Positions 51,266-63,244 of a stretch of 64,000 nt of DNA are shown here, piece after piece (position 1 is the stretch's first letter; every line of letters starts with the position of its first letter). Source of the DNA: Eledone cirrhosa (taxonomy: Eukaryota); assembly GCA_964016885.1 (NCBI GenBank), contig OZ024741.1:294996001-295060000 (forward strand), in the 5' to 3' direction. A program made the translations under genes and the position numbers. A model generated the notes under the pieces. It ran no database searches, was not told the origin of the DNA, and was given only the letters and a program-made list of their open reading frames with translations.

Positions 51266-54200
51266 CATCATCATCATCATCATCATCACCGTTTTACGTC
51301 CGTTCTTCCACGCTAGCATGGGTTAGACGGGTTGTCCTGTTGTGGGCAGTGTCTGGTCGGCTGACCATGCCTTGCTCATACAGGAACTGATCTGGCTTGA
51401 TTTCTACAGCTGGATGCCCTTCCTAACACCAACCTCATTTACAGTGAGTGCTGGGTGCTTTTTCGTGGCGCCTACACGTCCACTTTACAGTGTGGGCTGG
51501 GTGCTTTTTTGCCGTGGCACCTCCACGACCACCTTGCGGTGGGGGGGGGGGGCATATTGTTTATATGCTTCAGCATGTACCCATGGGAGGTCGGGTACCC
51601 TGTATTACTGCGTGACGCCAGAAGTCACGGTCGTGTGTCATTGACTTTGAGAGGTGTAGTTGGGTAAGGTCGGCTTTTATCACCTCATCCCAAGTCATCT
51701 TGGGTCTCCCCACTCCGCGGTTTCCATCAACTTCTAGTGCTCTGCACCTTTTTATGCAGCTGTCATCCTTCATACGCATCACATGTCCATACCAGCGTAA
51801 CCGCCTCTCCTGCACGCAGCATTTGATTCCTCTTATGCTCAGTCTCTCTCTCAATTCATTTATGCTTTGTCGTTCACGTATATTACTGTTACACATCCAT
51901 CGGAGCATGCAGGCTTCGTTTCTCTCTAATCTACGTAAGTCTTCCACCTTCAGCGCCCAGGTCTCACTACCATGCAACATCGCTGTTCGGATACACGCAT
52001 CATACAGTCTGCCTTTCATTCTGAGGGAGAAGCCTTTTGCAGCTAGCAGTGGTAGTAGTTCCCTAAACTTCTTCCATCCCGTTCTTACCCTAGTTATTGT
52101 ACTTTCTGAGCACCCACCTCCGTTGCTAATTCGGTCACCTAGGTAGCAGAAGCTGTCTACTGTTTCTACAGGGCCCTCCCAGAGAGTGGTGGCACTTGTT
52201 TCCTGTGGCTGTTTGCTTGCTGTTTCAGCACAGCTGCTGCATGTGAATCCTACATTCTTAATTAAGCTTCCTGAGATCCCGCTACATCTCTTGTGTACCC
52301 ATTGTTTGCATTTGGGGCAAAGAATGGAGTTCCTACCTACACCTTTCCTACATACTGAGCAAGGCCATTTCCCTGAGGGGATCTGGGTTCTGTTTTCTCG
52401 TCTACTTATAAGGACCTTAGTCTTTGTCATGTTGACTTTGAGGCCCTTTCTCTCTAGTCCCTGCTTCCAGGTTTGGAATTTATTCTCTAGTTCTACCATA
52501 GATTCAGCTATGAGTGCGAGGTCATCAGCATACAGGAGTTCCCATGGGCATCTGGTCTTAAACTCCTCCGTTATTGCCTGCAGGACTATGATGAACAGGA
52601 GAGGGCTAAGAACAGAGCCCTGGTGGACCCCAACCTGTACGCTAAATTCCTCGTTATACTCATTGCCAATCCTAACTTTGCTGACTGCTCCCCTATACAT
52701 GGCTTGTACCGCTTTCACAAGCCATTCATCTACTCCTAGTTTTCTAAGAGCCCACCAGATTACTGCACGTGGAACTCTGTCAAAGGCTTTCTCAAGGTCG
52801 ACAAATGCCAAGTAGAGTGGCTTACTTTTAGCTAGGTACTTTTCCTGTAATTGCCTCACAAGGAAGAGCGCATCAGTGGTGCCTTTCCCTGGTACAAACC
52901 CAAATTGCATCTCGTCTATATTCACCCGGTCCCTAATCAGCTGTGCTATAACTCTTTCTGTTACTTTCATGACCTGGTCCATCAACTTTATACCTCTATA
53001 GTTTCCTCTATCTAGTGCATCGCCTTTACCTTTGTAGCAGTTGACAATGATGCTACTGCACCAATCTTTTGGTATGGCCCCCTCTAGTATTACCTGGTTA
53101 ACGATACGTGTGGTTATAGTGTGACCTACAGACCCAGATGCCTTCAGCATCTCGGCAGCTATACCCGATGGACCGGTTGCCTTCCCTATCTTCATATCTC
53201 TGATTGCCTTACTTACTACGCTGCCGCTGACTTGTACTGCTGGTCCCTCTATAGGGTCTACGTGGGGTAGGGTCTCTTCTTCCCATGCATTCTCCTCATT
53301 TAGTAATCTATCATAATGACTCTTCCATGCATCTTTCTTCTCAGCACTTGTGAGGGCAAGCTCACCTTTATCTTTCCGGATACACTTCTCTCCAATGACA
53401 TCACAACTATCTCTGACACACTGCCTCGCAATCTTGAATACCTCCTGTTTCTGGTCCTCACGTTGTAAAACATGCTTGAATTTTCTATCCTCTGCTTCCC
53501 TCCTAGCTAAGTATACTTGTCGCCTAGCTTCCCTCTTGGTCTCTATGTAATGTACCCTGCTCCCCCCGTTCTTCCATTCTTTCCATGCCTGTCTCTTGGC
53601 CTTGACTGCTTCATCTACCTTATTGTTCCACCACCAAGTCACTCTCCTCCTGCTTGAGGTCTTACTCCAGCCACAAACCTCATCCGTCGCCTCTAGTAAG
53701 TTATTTTTTAGGAACTCCCAGTTCTCTTCTACGTTAAATGTCTCTATCTGTTCTTCTTTACTGTCGTAGGCGTTGAGTAAAATATCTTTAAATCTGTTAC
53801 TGGTTGAGGGGACTTTCAGCTACCAGATCTTTCTTCTCCAGGTTGGCCTCTGTTTCAGGGCTCGTCTAGTTCTGACCGTGAGGTCGCTGACAACTAAGCT
53901 ATGTTGGGATGTACATTCCTCACTAGGGAAGGCTTTTGTGTTTACGACCGTCCATCTGTCACGTCCTCTGATGAGGATAAAATCTAACTGACTAGAGTGC
54001 TCCCCTGATCTATAGGTGATCAGGTGGTTGTCGGGTTTTTTAAAGTTTGTGTTACATATCGACATGTCATTGGCGTCGCAGAATTCTAGAAGTCTGAATC
54101 CTTCCTCATTCCTTGTGCCAACTCCATGGCCTCCATGTACTCTATTGAAGCCGTCGCAGTGTTTACCTACGTGTCCGTTAAAATCTCCTGCAATGATTAG

Positions 54201-54634
54201 GAAGTCCTTGTCGTCTGTTAGAGCAGTAGTGTGTATTAGGGACTCGTAAAACCTATCCTTAAGTTCGTCTGGCAGCCCCGATTGGGGTGCGTAAGCTGAT
54301 ATTATTGTGGTAATTGTCTTATTCAGGACTAGTCTGAGTTTAATGATTCTTGCATTTACCCTGTACACTGAGATTACTTTATCTACCCACTTGTCAGCTA
54401 ATAGTATACCTACACCACCCATCCCATCGTCATTTCCCACCCAGAAAAATTTGTAGCACTGGCTTTTTCCTACAAGGACTCTAGCAGACCCTCCTCTCCA
54501 TCTAGTCTCTTGCACACAGCATACATCAACTTCCTTTCGCTCTAGCATTTCTACGATTTCTCCTGCTCTTCCTTTCATTGAGCCTACATTGATGGTACCA
54601 ACTCGGAGTTTTGGGCATTTGTCGACACTCTGCA
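51266..54634 (-). mobile_element. RTE subfamily A, near full length
   Basis: Single APE-RT reading frame, 3'UTR and (GAT)n tail. Confidence 0.95.
51570..54634 (-). pseudogene. RTE polyprotein (AP endonuclease, RT, C4HC3 PHD-like finger) with one in-frame TAG
   Basis: ORFs 53820-54722 and 51570-53642 share a frame; only the TAG at 53820-22 interrupts it. Motifs GTINVGS, VQETRW, SAYAPQ, GDFNGHVG, QFGF, FVDLEKAFDRVPR, GVHQGSVLSP, YADD. Confidence 0.93.
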
Positions 54635-54805
54635 TATATATATAATATATGTATATATAATATACACATATATATATGTATATAATGCATATATATATAA
54701 TATATGTATATATAATATCCATATATATATATATATATAATGCATATATATATAATATACATATATATATATATAATGCATATATATATAATATACATAT
54801 ATTAT

Positions 54806-56685
54806 AGGCATCTGGGTCTGTAGGTCACACTATAACCACACGTATCGTTAACCAGGTAATACTAGAGGGGGCCATACCAAAAGATTGGTGCAGTAGCATC
54901 ATTGTCAACTGCTACAAAGGTAAAGGGGATGCACTAGATAGAGGAAACTATAGAGGTATAAAGTTGATGGACCAGGTCATGAAAGTAACAGAAAGAGTTA
55001 TAGCACAGCTGATTAGGGACCGGGTGAATATAGACGAGATGCAATTTGGGTTTGTACCAGGGAAAGGCACCACTGATGCGCTCTTCCTTGTGAGGCAATT
55101 ACAGGAAAAGTACCTAGCTAAAAGTAAGCCACTCTACTTGGCATTTGTCGACCTTGAGAAAGCTTTGACAGAGTTCCACGTGCAGTAATCTGGTGGGCTC
55201 TTAGAAAACTAGGAGTAGATGAATGGCTTGTGAAAGCGGTACAAGCCATGTATAGGGGAGCAGTCAGCAAAGTTAGGATTGGCAATGAGTATAGCGAGGA
55301 ATTTAGCGTACAGGTTGGGGTCCACCAGGGCTCTGTTCTTAGCCCTCTCCTGTTCATCATAGTCCTGCAGGCAATAACGGAGGAGTTTAAGACCGGATGC
55401 CCATGGGAACTCCTGTATGCTGATGACCTCGCACTCATAGCTGAATCTATGGTAGAACTAGAGAATAAATTCCAAACCTGGAAGCAGGGACTAGAGAGAA
55501 AGGGCCTCAAAGTCAACATGACAAAGACTAAGGTCCTTATAAGTAGACGAGAAAACAGAACCCAGATCCCCTCAGGGAAATGGCCTTGCTCAGTATGTAG
55601 GAAAGGTGTAGGTAGGAACTCCATTCTTTGCCCCAAATGCAAACAATGGGTACACAAGAGATGTAGCGGGATCTCAGGAAGCTTAATTAAGAATGTAGGA
55701 TTCACATGCAGCAGCTGTGCTGAAACAGCAAGCAAACAGCCACAGGAAACAAGTACCACCAATCTCTGGGAGGGCCCTGTAGAAACAGTAGACAGCTTCT
55801 GCTACCTAGGTGACCGAATTAGCAACGGAGGTGGGTGCTCAGAAAGTACAATAACTAGGGTAAGAACGGGATGGAAGAAGTTTAGGGAACTACTACCACT
55901 GCTAGCTGCAAAAGGCTTCTCCCTCAGAATGAAAGGCAGACTGTATGATGCGTGTATCCGAACAGCGATGTTGCATGGTAGTGAGACCTGGGCGCTGAAG
56001 GTGGAAGACTTACGTAGATTAGAGAGAAACGAAGCCTGCATGCTCCGATGGATGTGTAACAGTAATATACGTGAACGACAAAGCATAAATGAATTGAGAG
56101 AGAGACTGAGCATAAGAGGAATCAAATGCTGCGTGCAGGAGAGGCGGTTACGCTGGTATGGACATGTGATGCGTATGAAGGATGACAGCTGCATAAAAAG
56201 GTGCAGAGCACTAGAAGTTGATGGAAACCGCGGAGTGGGGAGACCCAAGATGACTTGGGATGAGGTGATAAAAGCCGACCTTACCCAACTACACCTCTCA
56301 AAGTCAATGACACACGACCGTGACTTCTGGCGTCACGCAGTAATACAGGGTACCCGACCTCCCATGGGTACATGCTGAAGCATATAAACAATATGCCCCC
56401 CCCCCCCCACCGCAAGGTGGTCGTGGAGGTGCCACGGCAAAAAAGCACCCAGCCCACACTGTAAAGTGGACGTGTAGGCGCCACGAAAAAGCACCCAGCA
56501 CTCACTGTAAATGAGGTTGGTGTTAGGAAGGGCATCCAGCTGTAGAAATCAAGCCAGATCAGTTCCTGTATGAGCAAGGCATGGTCAGCCGACCAGACAC
56601 TGCCCACAACAGGACAACCCGTCTAACCCATGCTAGCGTGGAAGAACGGACGTAAAACGGTGATGATGATGATGATGATGATGAT
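54806..56685 (+). mobile_element. RTE subfamily A, 5'-truncated inverted copy
   Basis: Near-identical reverse complement of 51266-53143; 1-nt deletion near 55163 frameshifts the RT. Confidence 0.95.
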
Positions 56686-56806
56686 ATATATATATATATA
56701 ATACATATATATATATCATTTACATATATATATAATACATATATATATCATTTACATATATATATACTATAATACACATATATATATAATATATATATAT
56801 ATATAT

Positions 56807-56994
56807 AATTGTTTCTACTTTTGACACAAGGCCAGCAATTATCCCAGTGTATTACTGGTACTTTATTTTATTGACCCCGTAAGGATGGATGAAAGGCAAA
56901 GTTAACCTCGGCAGGATTTGAACTCAGACCGTAAAGGGACGTAACTCTTTTTTACTGCAAAGCATGGCGTCCGACCCTCTACCGATACTGCCAA
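56807..56994 (-). mobile_element. SINE family 1
   Basis: Same domains as the other copies. Confidence 0.88.
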
Positions 56995-57001
56995 TATATA
57001 T

Positions 57002-57214
57002 ATGCACAAATGAAAGTACAGCATATTCTAAGTTCGAGTAGCAGCTAAGCCAACGAATGCCTTCAGCAGTGCAGCCAAGCACTCAACAAGGTATAGACCT
57101 CAGAGTAATAACATACAGTTTAAAGGGCTTTGCAAATTGAAAATAGCGACCGATAGTTCAGCTGCGTGATCTGTATCAACGAAAGAGCTGACTAGTGAGA
57201 AAAAATACATAGAG

Positions 57215-57215
<1 letters not shown>
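57002..57215 (-). mobile_element. Short TA-flanked element with the ACTC..GAGT tail hairpin (related copy at 57907-58115)
   Basis: Both share agcactc.acaaggta...cctcagagtaataacatac...aaattgaa...aacgaaaga.ct.ac. Confidence 0.55.
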
Positions 57216-57297
<82 letters not shown>

Positions 57298-57300
<3 letters not shown>

Positions 57301-57897
57301 TTTGTTTAGCAAGATTCTTTATCTGAAAACGTGTGTTGAAACTGATATTGTTATGCTTTGGGAGGGTCATGTTGCCAATAAGAAACACACGCACCAGTTA
57401 CTTTCACTTCAATTTATTATAAATTAAATTTATAAATTTAGGAATTTATAAATTTCCGGTTGGTTGGTTAGTTCCACAACCAGACGATTGTTCATATATT
57501 GTCAAAGTTCTTTCGTCACACATTCTGGGACCTCTTCAGTGACTGGGGATTCTTTTCTTTGTTTATGTGCCTCTCCTTTGTTCTGTCCTATGCCATCTTG
57601 TTTTTGTGTGTGTTGTGTGCTTAGTTTGCGCATGTGTTACATCCGGGTGTCTGTGTGTGTTTATATTTGTTTATTTATTTGTTTATTTACATGTTACTGG
57701 TTGGTTGTTTGTTCTATGTGTGTGTGTGTTTTCATTTTGTCCTTAATTGTAAGTTGTGATGTTGCTGTTCCATTCATGTTTTCTATTAATTTTGGTTGGA
57801 GTTAATTTATGTTTATTGCCTCTGTGATTTGTCTAAACATTGCGTCTTTTCTGTGTGTAGATTCTATTTTTATTTCTATGTTCTCTAATTTACCCTT
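57298..57897 (-). mobile_element. Penelope-like element 3' fragment: GIY-YIG endonuclease C-terminus, 3'UTR and hammerhead
   Basis: Minus strand KGKLENIEIKIESTHRKDAMFRQITEAININ*LQPKL(frameshift)NRKHEW matches the R.I.EA..I...P.LN...EW end of PLE GIY-YIG domains; (TA)n on both sides. Confidence 0.72.
57501..57543 (-). ncRNA. Minimal type I hammerhead ribozyme, slightly decayed
   Basis: gtca CTGAAGA ggtc-ccagaatgtgt-gac GAAA gaac TT tgac. Confidence 0.6.
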
Positions 57898-57906
57898 ATA
57901 TATATA

Positions 57907-58115
57907 ATTGGAGGCTTAGTAAAATCGAATCATTGGCGGTGTGCAAGCAAATTCGACCTACGATATGAATGAGTTAGCAAAGCACTCGACAAGGTAGGTC
58001 CTCAGAGTAATAACATACGTTTAAATAGCTTGACAAATTGAACATTGTGGTAGGCAAAATCTAACACACAATACCAAAGTAACGAAAGAACTAACAGGTT
58101 GAAAAAGTACACCTG
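57907..58115 (-). mobile_element. Short TA-flanked element with the ACTC..GAGT tail hairpin
   Basis: Homologous to 57002-57215. Confidence 0.55.
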
Positions 58116-58161
58116 CATATATATGCACATATCTGTACATATATATTATATATATATATAT

Positions 58162-58259
58162 ATTGGCAGTATCGGTAGAGTGTCGGACGCCATGCTTTGC
58201 AGCAAAAAAGAGTTACGGCCCTTTATGGTCTGAGTTCAAATCCCGCCGAGGTGAACTTT
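58162..58259 (+). mobile_element. SINE family 1, 5' half
   Basis: Head and B box only. Confidence 0.8.
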
Positions 58260-58518
58260 ATACAAGCTTCTACATAACTTGGTAAACTTTCACCCACCAT
58301 GTATTAATCTTATAATGAAACGATCATATAGGGAATGAGATTTTAATATATCTCATATAAAGTAATACAGCCGATTATCAGCACAATACAATAGTTAGCA
58401 CCCCAAACGTTTAATTGGGAATATAATCCGGTAGTTTCCTATTGTTTGTTGAGTGAGTTGGAAATTGGTCGGAGTATCGCTAATAGCCTTCTCCGTTTAT
58501 GTATTTATGTATATATAT

Positions 58519-59060
58519 CATCATCATCATCATCATCATCACCGTTTTACATCCGTTCTTCCACGCTAGCATGGGTTAGACGGGTTGTCCTGTTGTGGGC
58601 AGTGTCTGGTCGGCTGACCATGCCTTGCTCATACAGGAACTGATTTGGCTTGATTTCTACAGCTGGATGCCCTTCCTAACACCAACCTCATTTACAGTGA
58701 GTGCTGGGTGCTTTTTTGCCGTGGCACCTCCACGACCACCTTGCGGCGGGGGGTGTGGGGGCATATTGTCTATATGCTTCAGCTTGTACCCATGGGAGGT
58801 CGGGTACTCTGTATTACTGCGTGACGCCAGAGGTCACGGTCGTGTGTCATTGCCTTTGAGAGGTGTAATTGGGTAAGGTCGGCTTTTATCACCTCATCCC
58901 AGGTCATCTTGGGTCTCCCCACTCCGCGGTTTCCATCGACTTCTAGTGCTCTGCACCTTTTTATGCAGCTGTCATCCTTCATACGCATCACATGTCCATA
59001 CCAGCGCAACCGCCTCTCCTGCACACACCATTTGATTCCTCTTATGCTCAGTCTCTTATG

Positions 59061-59064
<4 letters not shown>
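58519..59064 (-). mobile_element. RTE subfamily A 3' fragment
   Basis: RLRWYGHV...GRPKMTW, 3'UTR with an internal deletion, (GAT)n tail. Confidence 0.93.
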
Positions 59065-59117
<53 letters not shown>

Positions 59118-59619
59118 ACACACTGATACAGACACACATATATTAACTCCACCAACACAGCCTTACTTCATTACAAGAAACCAAACAGAAGAGTGAGGGC
59201 ATCTGGTACATGGTGCATTCCCCACCCCCTGCCCACTTCTGTTTCATAAATTCTCTGCTTCCTTGTTGTTTATAACAACAACAAACAATTATAAGATAGT
59301 GTATAGTTTAATTATTTTCCTATTGATAGTAGCATTAGTATGATCAATGTCTACCATGGAAGACAATTTATGAGTTTATGGCATTATATGTTACAAGAAA
59401 CTTGGATCATACCCAATAATCTGTACACTGAGCAAGTCAAGCTCACTCTATCTCTCACACTCTCTCTCTCTCTTTCTCATTCACTCAAAGTATTATCTAA
59501 ACCTTTCCCTCTCCCTCCCACTCCCTCTCATCCCTCTCATCCCTCTCATCCCTCTCACTCCCTCTCATCCCTCTCACTCATTCCCCCCTCCCCCATCCCT
59601 GTTTTGTTCATTATTAATA

Positions 59620-59812
59620 ATAATTGTTTCTACTTTTTGGCACAAGGCCAGCAAATCACCGAGTACATTACTGGTACTTTATTTTATCGACCCCGTAAGG
59701 ATGAAAGGCAAAGTTGACCTCGGCGGGATTTGAACTCAGAATGGAAAGGGCCGTAACTCTTTGCTTCAAAGCATGGCGTCCAACCCTCTGCCGATACTGC
59801 CAATCCACCGCC
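59620..59812 (-). mobile_element. SINE family 1
   Basis: Complete head ggcggtggattggcagtatcgg through tail. Confidence 0.88.
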
Positions 59813-59885
59813 CTTTTATATATATAAAATATATATATAACATAAATAGGTCAGAGATGTTATGAAAAAAAAAAAACTAAGATTA

Positions 59886-60165
59886 CATAGTCTAATGGTT
59901 AGGATGCTTGATATAGGATCATAATATTGTCGGTTCAATTCCTGGACAGGCTGCTGCATTGTATTCTTGAGCAAAAAACTCTTTATTTCACGTTGGTCCT
60001 TTACACTCAACTGAGATGAGTACCAGCACTAGCTGGGGAGTTAACCCTGCGATGGACTAGCATCCTGTCCAGTTAGAGTCTTGTATTCTCAGTTGCTTAG
60101 GGCCAAGGAAACTAGGGATAAGCCCCAGCCTGGTGAGCCTTCAGCTTAGAACAGAATTTAACTAA
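59886..60165 (+). mobile_element. tRNA-derived SINE with a V-domain-like segment
   Basis: A/B boxes (agtctaatggttagg, ggttcaattcc) and ccctgcgatggactagcatcctgtccag. Confidence 0.55.
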
Positions 60166-60448
60166 CTTTTACAATATCAATAACATTTTAACTTCCAGTT
60201 TGTGTTTGACATAAGTGATGGATTCTCCATGAGTTTTAGGAATGAGTATTTAGTTATTCAATCAACTGAATATCTAACTCTAGAATTATTGTACCAGGAG
60301 TTGTGACTGGTATCGACAATAGAAAAACCAGTGGAAATATTATTTCTTTGGTCCAATTCGATTAGTTCCACTCTCCACTTGGTAAGCAAATGAGGTCTGG
60401 GATCTTGTCGATCAAACACTATCTACTACCTATTTAACATGTATCCTG

Positions 60449-60641
60449 AACCCTTTAACATCCAAACCGTCCGTATCCGGCCAGAATTCTCTCATCGCTT
60501 TCTGTTCAAACTAGCCATAACTGGCTGCCCATAATGATGTTAAGGTATTGTTCTCAAAATAAATAATATCAAAATCTCGTAGATTCGATATTATGTGAGG
60601 TTAAAGTCTTTACAATGAAAATATAATAGTAAATATAGAGT
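60449..60641. mobile_element. piggyBac-type MITE, one end lost
   Basis: Homologous to 37875-38103. Confidence 0.72.
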
Positions 60642-61119
60642 CAGCATGTTACACTATGTTATAAGGGATGACCTTTCAAATATAGGTACACTCTATTTGC
60701 CAGGTTTCCACACAGTTTCTATCTACCAAATTTCATCCACAAGGCTTGGGTTGATCTGGGGCTACAGTAAAGACACTTCACTAAAATATCATGTAGAGGG
60801 ATTGAACCCTAAACCCCATAACTGGGAAGCACCTTTTTCCATTTTGAAATAAATAGCATTTAATTATATCCATTCATTTGGAAAAGAAGAATTAGGATAA
60901 TTATCAACTGATAAATGGCTTATTAAAGGTAATCTCATGTTCTTTTGTCTACAGAGAGAATAATAGAATGTTCTTTTACATTTATGCATATTTTCACAGC
61001 ATGGGTTATAAACTCTAGTTATGTCAACATTCAATTTATCTAAGAAACTCCTTTCCAGAAATAACTTCTAGAAGAAAAGGAAATGTATGACATCTGAACA
61101 ACTCTCTTCTCTCTGCATC

Positions 61120-61394
61120 TTCAAAAATAATTTTGAGATAGAGCGCCCATGATGTTTGCTCTAATCCAGATTAGAGCAAATATCACGGGCGCTATATCTC
61201 AAAATTATTTTTGAAAAGCATTAGAAATGTGCAACGGTAAAAACTTAAAACTAAAACTGAATACTAACCAATACTTATTACTAATTTTTACTTATTCCTA
61301 ATTAAACTATTTTTCACTGGGAAAAATTTGTCAGCATTTCACTTTTCCTTTTACTAATATATCACAACTCGTGTGTTACACCTCTATTCTTTTA
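61120..61394 (+). mobile_element. Fold-back element of the 20.1-kb family with a shortened left arm
   Basis: Hairpin centred at 61167-68; right arm and tail (gtgtgttacacctctattctttta) match 20052-20284 reverse complement. Confidence 0.8.
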
Positions 61395-61419
61395 TATATA
61401 TATATATATATTATATATA

Positions 61420-61491
<72 letters not shown>

Positions 61492-61497
61492 ATATAT

Positions 61498-61529
<32 letters not shown>

Positions 61530-61562
61530 ATATATTACATATATATATATATATTATATATA

Positions 61563-61607
<45 letters not shown>

Positions 61608-61701
61608 ATATTATATATATATATATTATATATATATATATTATATATATATATATTATATATATATATATTATATATATATATATTATATATATATATA
61701 T

Positions 61702-61735
<34 letters not shown>

Positions 61736-61773
61736 ATATTATATATATATATTATATATATATATATTATATA

Positions 61774-61816
<43 letters not shown>

Positions 61817-61823
61817 ATTATTA
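61395..61823. repeat. Interrupted (TA)n array (further blocks at 62005-62297, 62735-62834, 63005-63244)
   Basis: Direct reading. Confidence 0.95.
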
Positions 61824-62004
61824 TAATATAGATGAGATTCTACAGGACTAGAACTGTTTCACTCATTAGAAATCATCCTGATGATTTCTAATGAATGAAA
61901 CAGTTCTAGTCCTGTAGAATCTCATCTATATTAAAACTGTTATACTCTGCTATGTATTGAGTACCTTACTTACTGTGGTTACCTCCGATTCAACCCGGAA
62001 TAAC
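61824..62004 (+). mobile_element. Fold-back element: 110-bp palindrome plus ~70-nt tail, with a truncated hammerhead
   Basis: Arms 61824-61877 and 61880-61933; CTGATGA 61878-84, GAAA 61897-900, GTC 61909-11; tail hairpin 61943-61965. Confidence 0.75.
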
Positions 62005-62032
62005 GTATATATATATATATTATATATATATA

Positions 62033-62160
<128 letters not shown>

Positions 62161-62224
62161 ATATTATATATATATATATTATATATATATATATTATATA
62201 TATATATATTATATATATATATAT

Positions 62225-62300
<76 letters not shown>

Positions 62301-62337
62301 ATATATAAGATCAAAAGATGGTTAAAAGAGTTCCATG

Positions 62338-62408
62338 TATTTTATTATGCGCATTTCAAAAATAAATATCATCATACGATGACATTTGCGTTTTCGTCAG
62401 ATAAAATA
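62338..62408 (-). ncRNA. Minimal type I hammerhead ribozyme (mirror arm)
   Basis: Reverse complement of the 62536-62606 motif with an intact core. Confidence 0.85.
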
Positions 62409-62535
62409 GGGCGACATGATATGAAGGTTAAAAAACACTTGTGAATAGTGCAGTTTTAAATCAACATATGATCAATATGTTGATTTAAAACTGCACTATT
62501 CACAAGTGTTTTTTAACCTTCATATCATGTCTCCC

Positions 62536-62606
62536 TATTTTATCTGACGAAAACGCAAATGTCATCGCATGATGATATTTGTTTTTGAAATGCGCATAAT
62601 AAAATA
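62536..62606 (+). ncRNA. Minimal type I hammerhead ribozyme
   Basis: tattttat CTGACGA aaacgcaaatgtcatc-gcat-gatgatatttgttttt GAAA tgcgca TA ataaaata: 8-bp stem I, ~15-bp stem II, palindromic stem III ATGCGCAT, predicted cut after 62598. Confidence 0.87.
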
Positions 62607-62734
62607 CATGGAACTCTTTTAACCATCTTTTGATCTTATATATTATTTATACTCCAGTCCTACAAACTGTAGAGTGCTACTTATCCGATATCTGCATTGC
62701 TTTATTGTACTACAATAAAACTCACCTCCTACAT

Positions 62735-62767
<33 letters not shown>

Positions 62768-62834
62768 ATATATATATATATATTATATATATATATTATA
62801 TAATATATATATATAATATATATATAATATATAT

Positions 62835-63004
62835 ACACTGTAAATGTGGTTGGTGTTAGGAAGGGCATCCAACTGTAGAAAACCTGCCAGACAGTCCTAT
62901 GCGAGCAAGACAATCACTCTTGCCTCAAGTGGGACTACCCCCGTCCAAACCCATGCAAGCGTGGAACACGGACGTTAAACGTTGATGATGATGATGATGA
63001 TGAT
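62835..63004 (+). mobile_element. RTE subfamily B 3'UTR tip
   Basis: Matches 49858-50027 reverse complement; (GAT)n tail; inside (TA)n. Confidence 0.9.
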
Positions 63005-63127
63005 AATATATATATATATATAATATATATATATATTATATATATAATATATATATATATTATATATATATATATATAATATATATATATTATATATATA
63101 ATATATATATAATATATATATATATAT

Positions 63128-63171
<44 letters not shown>

Positions 63172-63244
63172 ATATATATATATATATATTATATATATAT
63201 ATATATAATATATATATATTATATATATATATTATATATATATA

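Larger units (their letters stand above)
62298..62735 (+). mobile_element. Fold-back element: 349-bp palindrome plus ~90-nt tail, in (TA)n
   Basis: Arms 62298-62469 and 62475-62646; hammerhead in each arm; tail hairpin 62650-62678. Confidence 0.82.

Noticed and set aside
50292-52815. Antisense ORFs of 120-210 aa over the RTE copies
   Set aside because: Shadow frames of the RT coding strand
58030-58095. TTGACAA...GAAAgaacTA as a plus-strand hammerhead
   Set aside because: Stem I does not pair, the core is not conserved in the sister copy at 57128-57195, and the orientation is opposite to the tail motif
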